64,000 nt of DNA. Source: Burkholderiales bacterium. GTDB lineage: Bacteria > Pseudomonadota > Gammaproteobacteria > Burkholderiales > SG8-39. The DNA lies in NCBI GenBank assembly GCA_041558415.1, contig JBFFEY010000001.1:22910-86909 (forward strand). Direction: 5' to 3'. The position numbers and the translations under genes are program-made. Position 1 is the stretch's first letter; each line of letters starts with the position of its first letter. Shown one piece after another: positions 60,137-64,000 of this stretch. Under the pieces are notes generated by a model that saw nothing but the letters and a program-made list of their open reading frames with translations, was not told where the DNA came from and ran no database searches.

Positions 60137-62137
60137 CTAGCGTTTCACCGCGACGGGCCTGGCCTGGATCGGCCAGACGCCGCGCAGGATCGCGCGCCGC
60201 CCGTCGAACGCAAGGAAGCTCTGGGCGCCATAGTGCGGCAGCGGCCGCTCGAGCGCCTCGATCGCCGCGCCATCGCGGGCCGAGATGACGGCAATCGGCG
60301 TGGCGTCGGGTTTGCGTACCACGGCCCAAACCTGGGCGGTCCCGCGCCCTTCAAGTTCGCTGGGCCGCCTCGGCAGGTGCAGGCGTGCGAGCGCCGCATC
60401 GACATCCGCATGCACGCCGACGATGAGAAGCGGACTTTTGCCGTCGTCGCGGAGAGCGACCTCGCGCGCGGGCGACTCGAACAGCCGCGTGGCGATTCGG
60501 CGCGCGGCCACGCGCACGTCCACCGTCTCGCTGACGACCGCGAAGCGCGGCGCGCGCGCCAGGATCCACTGGCGCAGGATCGGCGGCAGCGTCTGCGGGT
60601 CGAGCGCGCGCCACAGGCGCAGGTCGGGATCGAGGCGAACGGCGGTGGCAGAACCGGGGGCGGACACGGTGAGGGTCTGCCGCGCGTCGGCAAACGCCAC
60701 GATGCGTCGCACCGTACCCTCGGTCGTGTCGAACTCGAGCGGAACCCCCAGCGCGTAGGGTGGCGAGGGCTGTTCTAGCGTCACCTCGACCCCGTCGCCG
60801 CGCGCGCGCGCGGCGACGACGCGTGGCGCCGGCGCATCCGCGCGCCTGAGCCACTGCGCGAAGAACGTCGACAGATCGCGTCCGGAGGCGGCTTCGAACG
60901 CCGTGCGCAGATCGTTCCACGAGGCCGAGCGAAAGCGCTGCGCGCGCCAGAAGCCGCGCAGCCCCGCGTCGAACGCGGTCTCGCCGATCAGATCGCGCAA
61001 CATGAGGAACAGCATGGCCGCCTTGCCGTAGCCGGTCGCGGCGTCGGCGCCGTGCGCGCGCGAGCGGAACGCGGTGAGCGGCTTCGCGGCGCCTGGCGGC
61101 AGCGCGGCGAGATCGCGCAGCCAGCCGAGCCGCATCTCGCGCGCTGCGTCGGCCGAAGTGTCCTCCTTGAAGGCGTAGTCGGCCATGAAGGTGGTCAGGC
61201 CCTCGGCCCAGTTTCCGCCAGCGGTGTCGACGTAGACTCCGTTGCCCCACCAGTTGTGCAGCACTTCGTGGCCGAGCGAGGTCGCGCGGATGAACGGCAG
61301 CCGCAGCACCGCCTCGCCGATGTAGGTGAGCGTCGGCATGCCGAAGCCAGTCGGCAGGGGGCTGGCGACGACCGAGAAGGATCTGAAGGGATACGGTCCG
61401 ATGCGTTCTGCATAGCGCGCGATATAGCCCCGGCTGTCGTCGAGGTAGCCCTCGGCGAGCGTCGCGATGGCCGGGCTGAAGTAGGTGCGCAGGCGCAGTG
61501 GCGGCGCGTCCTCGCGTTCGACGATACGCTCGCTCACGACATAGGGCCCCGCCATCAGGTCGATGCCGTCGGTCGGCACCGGCATGTCGAACGTCGCCAC
61601 CGTGCGCGCGGCACCGCCGGCGGCGACCGACTCCTCGACGAGGTCGCCGGCGACGAGGCCGCGCTGTCCCGAGGGGAGCGAGAGCCGCACGCGGTAGGTA
61701 AACAGCGCGCCTGGCCACGGATACCAGGCGCTGGCGGAGGGCAGGAAGCTGCCCTCGGGCGCCGCCATCGGCGGCAGTGCGCGCAGCACGCGGCGGTGAT
61801 CGGCGCCCCGATCGAGCGGTGCGAGCGCACCTTCGTAGGCGATGCGCAGTTCGCGCCCGCCACGCGCAGCCCGTGGCAGACGCCACTCGCGTACGCCCTG
61901 CGCGATCGGGTCGGCGCGCGCGACGACGGGTTTCCCGTCGACCCGGGCGGCGGTGATCCGCAGGTTCTGGTGCAGGACGATCGCGCGCGATGCTTCGGCC
62001 GGCAGCGTCGCCTCAACGCGCAGCCGGCGCGTCGCCGGATCGAGCGCCACGTCGAGCTCGAGGCGAGGGGGCGCCGCCTGTACGCCGCAGGCAACGAGCA
62101 GCGCGGCGGCGAGCGCCGCACGCAGGCGCATCGACAT
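60137..62137 (-). CDS. secreted M1-family (aminopeptidase N-like) zinc metallopeptidase with a C-terminal domain of unknown function
   Basis: Start MSMRLRAALAAALLVACGVQA at 62137, overlapping the upstream stop (TAATG). It has the zinc motif GHEVLHNWWGN...NWAEGLTTF. The 943-aa track ORF is a shadow extension across the upstream gene. Confidence 0.85.
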   Translation of the reverse strand: MSMRLRAALAAALLVACGVQAAPPRLELDVALDPATRRLRVEATLPAEASRAIVLHQNLRITAARVDGKPVVARADPIAQGVREWRLPRAARGGRELRIAYEGALAPLDRGADHRRVLRALPPMAAPEGSFLPSASAWYPWPGALFTYRVRLSLPSGQRGLVAGDLVEESVAAGGAARTVATFDMPVPTDGIDLMAGPYVVSERIVEREDAPPLRLRTYFSPAIATLAEGYLDDSRGYIARYAERIGPYPFRSFSVVASPLPTGFGMPTLTYIGEAVLRLPFIRATSLGHEVLHNWWGNGVYVDTAGGNWAEGLTTFMADYAFKEDTSADAAREMRLGWLRDLAALPPGAAKPLTAFRSRAHGADAATGYGKAAMLFLMLRDLIGETAFDAGLRGFWRAQRFRSASWNDLRTAFEAASGRDLSTFFAQWLRRADAPAPRVVAARARGDGVEVTLEQPSPPYALGVPLEFDTTEGTVRRIVAFADARQTLTVSAPGSATAVRLDPDLRLWRALDPQTLPPILRQWILARAPRFAVVSETVDVRVAARRIATRLFESPAREVALRDDGKSPLLIVGVHADVDAALARLHLPRRPSELEGRGTAQVWAVVRKPDATPIAVISARDGAAIEALERPLPHYGAQSFLAFDGRRAILRGVWPIQARPVAVKR

Positions 62138-63351
62138 TACTGCGGCGTCGCCGGCGGAAACTTGATGACGCGCTCGAAGGTTTCGTCGCCGCGGCGCAGT
62201 GCGATCGGCAGCCAGGTGCCCGGCGGCTGTGCCCGCACCGCCGAGATGACGGCTTCCAGGCCGCCGACTGGTGCGCCGGCGATCGAGACGATGGCATCGC
62301 CCGCGCGCAGGTCCATCGATGCGGCGAGGCTGTCCTTTATGACGTTGACGATGATCACCGTCTTGTCTTTCTGCGTGAGCTGTACGCCGAGCCGAGGCTT
62401 CGGCCGGGGTGCTTCGCGACCCGCCGGCAGGGCGAACACGGCATCGGCAAATCCGGCGACCAGGGCCTTGCAGTCCCGCGGCACATCGACCGGCAGTAGG
62501 GTGGTCACGCGGCCGATGCCGAGATCGCGCAACTGGTGCGGAATGCCGAAGCCGTTGCGCAGATGGCCGCTGCCGGCGATGCCGACGACGAGCGGCTGCC
62601 GGCCGGTGGTTGCATTTCGGAGCCGGTCGGCCGCGGCTTCCGCCATGGCGCGGTCCCAGGTGGTCTGCGACTCCACGAAGCGCTGAAAGGCGGAGTCGTC
62701 GCGCGAGGGCGTTTTCGACTTGCCTTGCTCGGCCAATGGATGCTGGCGATAGATCTCGAACAGCGCGTCGACGTAAGCCAAACTCGGCGTCGCGGGGCGA
62801 CCGACGCCCTCCTTGCGCGTCTCGGGCACTGCGTCCCAGCCTTCGGCGGCGATCGCACGCGTCAGCTCGCGCTCCACGTTCATCGCGAATATCGGGATGC
62901 GGTGAATGCGCGCGAACTCGAACAGCGGCAGGTACAGCTGTGGCGGCATATTCCAGACCTTCTGCCACTCGGCCTGCGCCAGGAACGCCGCCGCGTCGAG
63001 CTTGCCGGCCACCCAGCGATCGAGCACCGGCTGCACGCGGCGCGGGAAGGCCTCGAAGCCAATCGCCATGTCGGGACGCTGCGCGTGCAGCGCGGCGAGC
63101 GTGTGCAGCTGCCAGCGATGGTGGTCTTCGTCGTCGTGCCGTTCGCCGAGCAGCACGACGTCGCTCTCGGCCGCTGCCCGGATGATCTCCGGCGCCGGCG
63201 TGGCCTGCCGCGCGGTGCCGTCGAGCCGGTACCAGGCGCTGGGCGCAACGCAGCCGGCCTGCGCCTGCGCTTCAGCGTGCACCGCAGTATCCGCAGCGCA
63301 GGCCGCGAGTGCGAGGGTCAGACCGATCGAAGGGAACAGGCGCACGAGCAC
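62137..63351 (-). CDS. ChaN-family (Tiki/TraB-superfamily, DUF399) lipoprotein with a C-terminal PDZ domain
   Basis: Start taken at GTG 63351, just after the typA stop (LVRLFPSIGLTLALAAC lipobox). VVLLGERHDDEDHHRWQL motif of ChaN-like proteins. C-terminal PDZ-like LGVQLTQKDKTVIIVNVIKDSLAASMDLRAGDAIVSIAG. Confidence 0.7.
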   Translation of the reverse strand: MLVRLFPSIGLTLALAACAADTAVHAEAQAQAGCVAPSAWYRLDGTARQATPAPEIIRAAAESDVVLLGERHDDEDHHRWQLHTLAALHAQRPDMAIGFEAFPRRVQPVLDRWVAGKLDAAAFLAQAEWQKVWNMPPQLYLPLFEFARIHRIPIFAMNVERELTRAIAAEGWDAVPETRKEGVGRPATPSLAYVDALFEIYRQHPLAEQGKSKTPSRDDSAFQRFVESQTTWDRAMAEAAADRLRNATTGRQPLVVGIAGSGHLRNGFGIPHQLRDLGIGRVTTLLPVDVPRDCKALVAGFADAVFALPAGREAPRPKPRLGVQLTQKDKTVIIVNVIKDSLAASMDLRAGDAIVSIAGAPVGGLEAVISAVRAQPPGTWLPIALRRGDETFERVIKFPPATPQ

Positions 63352-63361
63352 GATCGGCCGC

Positions 63362-64000
63362 CTAGCGCGCGAGCGCCTCTGCACCTGGCTCCTGCGCAAC
63401 ACCGCGCGCCGCGCGGCGCCGCTCGTGCTCGGCGAGATGGCGCTTGCGCACGCGGATCGCGCGCGGCGTGACCTCGACCAGCTCGTCGTCCTCGATGAAT
63501 TCGATCGCCGTCTCGAGCGTCAGCCGTACCGGCGGAGTGAGCAGCACGTTGTCATCCTTGCCGGAGGCGCGCACGTTGGTGAGCTTCTTGGTCTTGATCG
63601 GATTGACCACCAGATCGCTCGATCGGCTGTGGATGCCGACGATCATGCCTTCATAGACCTTGTCGCCCGGCGAGACGAACAGGCGCCCGCGCTCCTGCAG
63701 GTTGAACAGCGCGTAGGCGACCGCTTCGCCGTCTTCCTGCGAGCACATCGCGCCGTTGCGTCGCCCGGGCAGCTCGCCCTTCCAGGCGTCGTAGCCGTCG
63801 AACACGTGGCTCATGATGCCGTTGCCGCGCGTCAGGTTCATGAATTCGCCCTGGAATCCGATCAGGCCGCGCGCGGCGACGCGGTAATCGAGTCGCACGC
63901 GTCCCCGCCCATCGGGCAGCAGCTCGACCAGCTCGCCGCGCCGCGCGGCGAGCGATTCCATCACCGGGCCCTGGTGCGCCTCCTCGACGTCGAGCGTCAG
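63362..64000 (-). CDS. typA: translational GTPase TypA/BipA, C-terminal part (gene continues beyond the window end)
   Basis: The frame is open to nt 64000 (...LTLDVEEAHQGPVMESLAARRGEL...). The C-terminal region YEGMIVGIHSRSSDLVVNPIKTKKLTNVRASGKDD is typical of TypA. Confidence 0.93.
   Translation of the reverse strand: MTLDVEEAHQGPVMESLAARRGELVELLPDGRGRVRLDYRVAARGLIGFQGEFMNLTRGNGIMSHVFDGYDAWKGELPGRRNGAMCSQEDGEAVAYALFNLQERGRLFVSPGDKVYEGMIVGIHSRSSDLVVNPIKTKKLTNVRASGKDDNVLLTPPVRLTLETAIEFIEDDELVEVTPRAIRVRKRHLAEHERRRAARGVAQEPGAEALAR

Noticed and set aside
60137-62968. The 943-aa ORF read as one giant protein.
   Set aside because: The first 277 codons overlap the ChaN-PDZ gene in another frame and are Arg/Pro-rich nonsense. 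A signal peptide and an ATG coupled to the upstream stop occur at 62137, which is the real M1 peptidase start. Similar N-terminal over-extensions were trimmed for 1646..3400, 11798..13753, 50998..53130 and 58398..60329.

Overview
Very GC-rich chromosomal segment. Third codon positions are almost all G/C, and every frame carries long Arg/Ala/Pro-rich shadow ORFs. Gene order is typical of a betaproteobacterium (Rhodocyclales/Burkholderiales-like synteny). I call about 75 protein genes, one tRNA-Gln(UUG), one SAH riboswitch with a readable expression platform, and a few promoters and terminators. I saw no rRNA, CRISPR array, IS element, transposase or prophage. Most of the window is core housekeeping: ttcA; SAH-riboswitch-ahcY-metF; metK; two late lipid A acyltransferases; dapF-DUF484-xerC; ZIP transporter plus COG0523 GTPase; hslVU; argB-nucleotidase-slmA; moeB; ctp-envC-gpmA; ArsR-rhodanese-grxC-secB-gpsA; trmL-comF; bioC; a complete aa3-type cytochrome c oxidase and assembly cluster; rpoH; ftsYEX; rsmD-coaD; mutM; TPR-lolB-ispE-tRNA-Gln-prs-rplY-pth-ychF; typA. 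The parts that are not standard, and that I would look at again, are listed here. (1) A Cro/YdaS-like HTH domain fused in frame to a class V aminotransferase, behind a perfect palindrome and an apparently leaderless promoter. (2) An overlapping CHASE2-adenylate cyclase / secreted SH3 / M48 protease operon directly downstream of the riboswitch-controlled ahcY-metF. (3) A GnnA/GnnB-like oxidoreductase-aminotransferase pair inserted next to the lpxL paralogs, which predicts GlcN3N-type lipid A. (4) An ECF sigma / small cytosolic ZAS anti-sigma / CWC cysteine-rich protein operon. (5) An ArsR regulator with the SqrR/BigR cysteine spacing next to rhodanese and glutaredoxin. (6) An amidase-signature enzyme sitting in the BioH slot between comF and bioC and start/stop-overlapped with bioC. 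(7) An oxidase cluster without a heme A synthase gene. (8) Pth with a roughly 70-aa K/E/P-rich tail. (9) A translationally coupled ChaN-PDZ lipoprotein plus M1 metallopeptidase pair upstream of an EptA-type phosphoethanolamine transferase. All calls come from reading the translations and the DNA by eye. No database search was run, family names are recognitions of motifs, and start codons are judgement calls.
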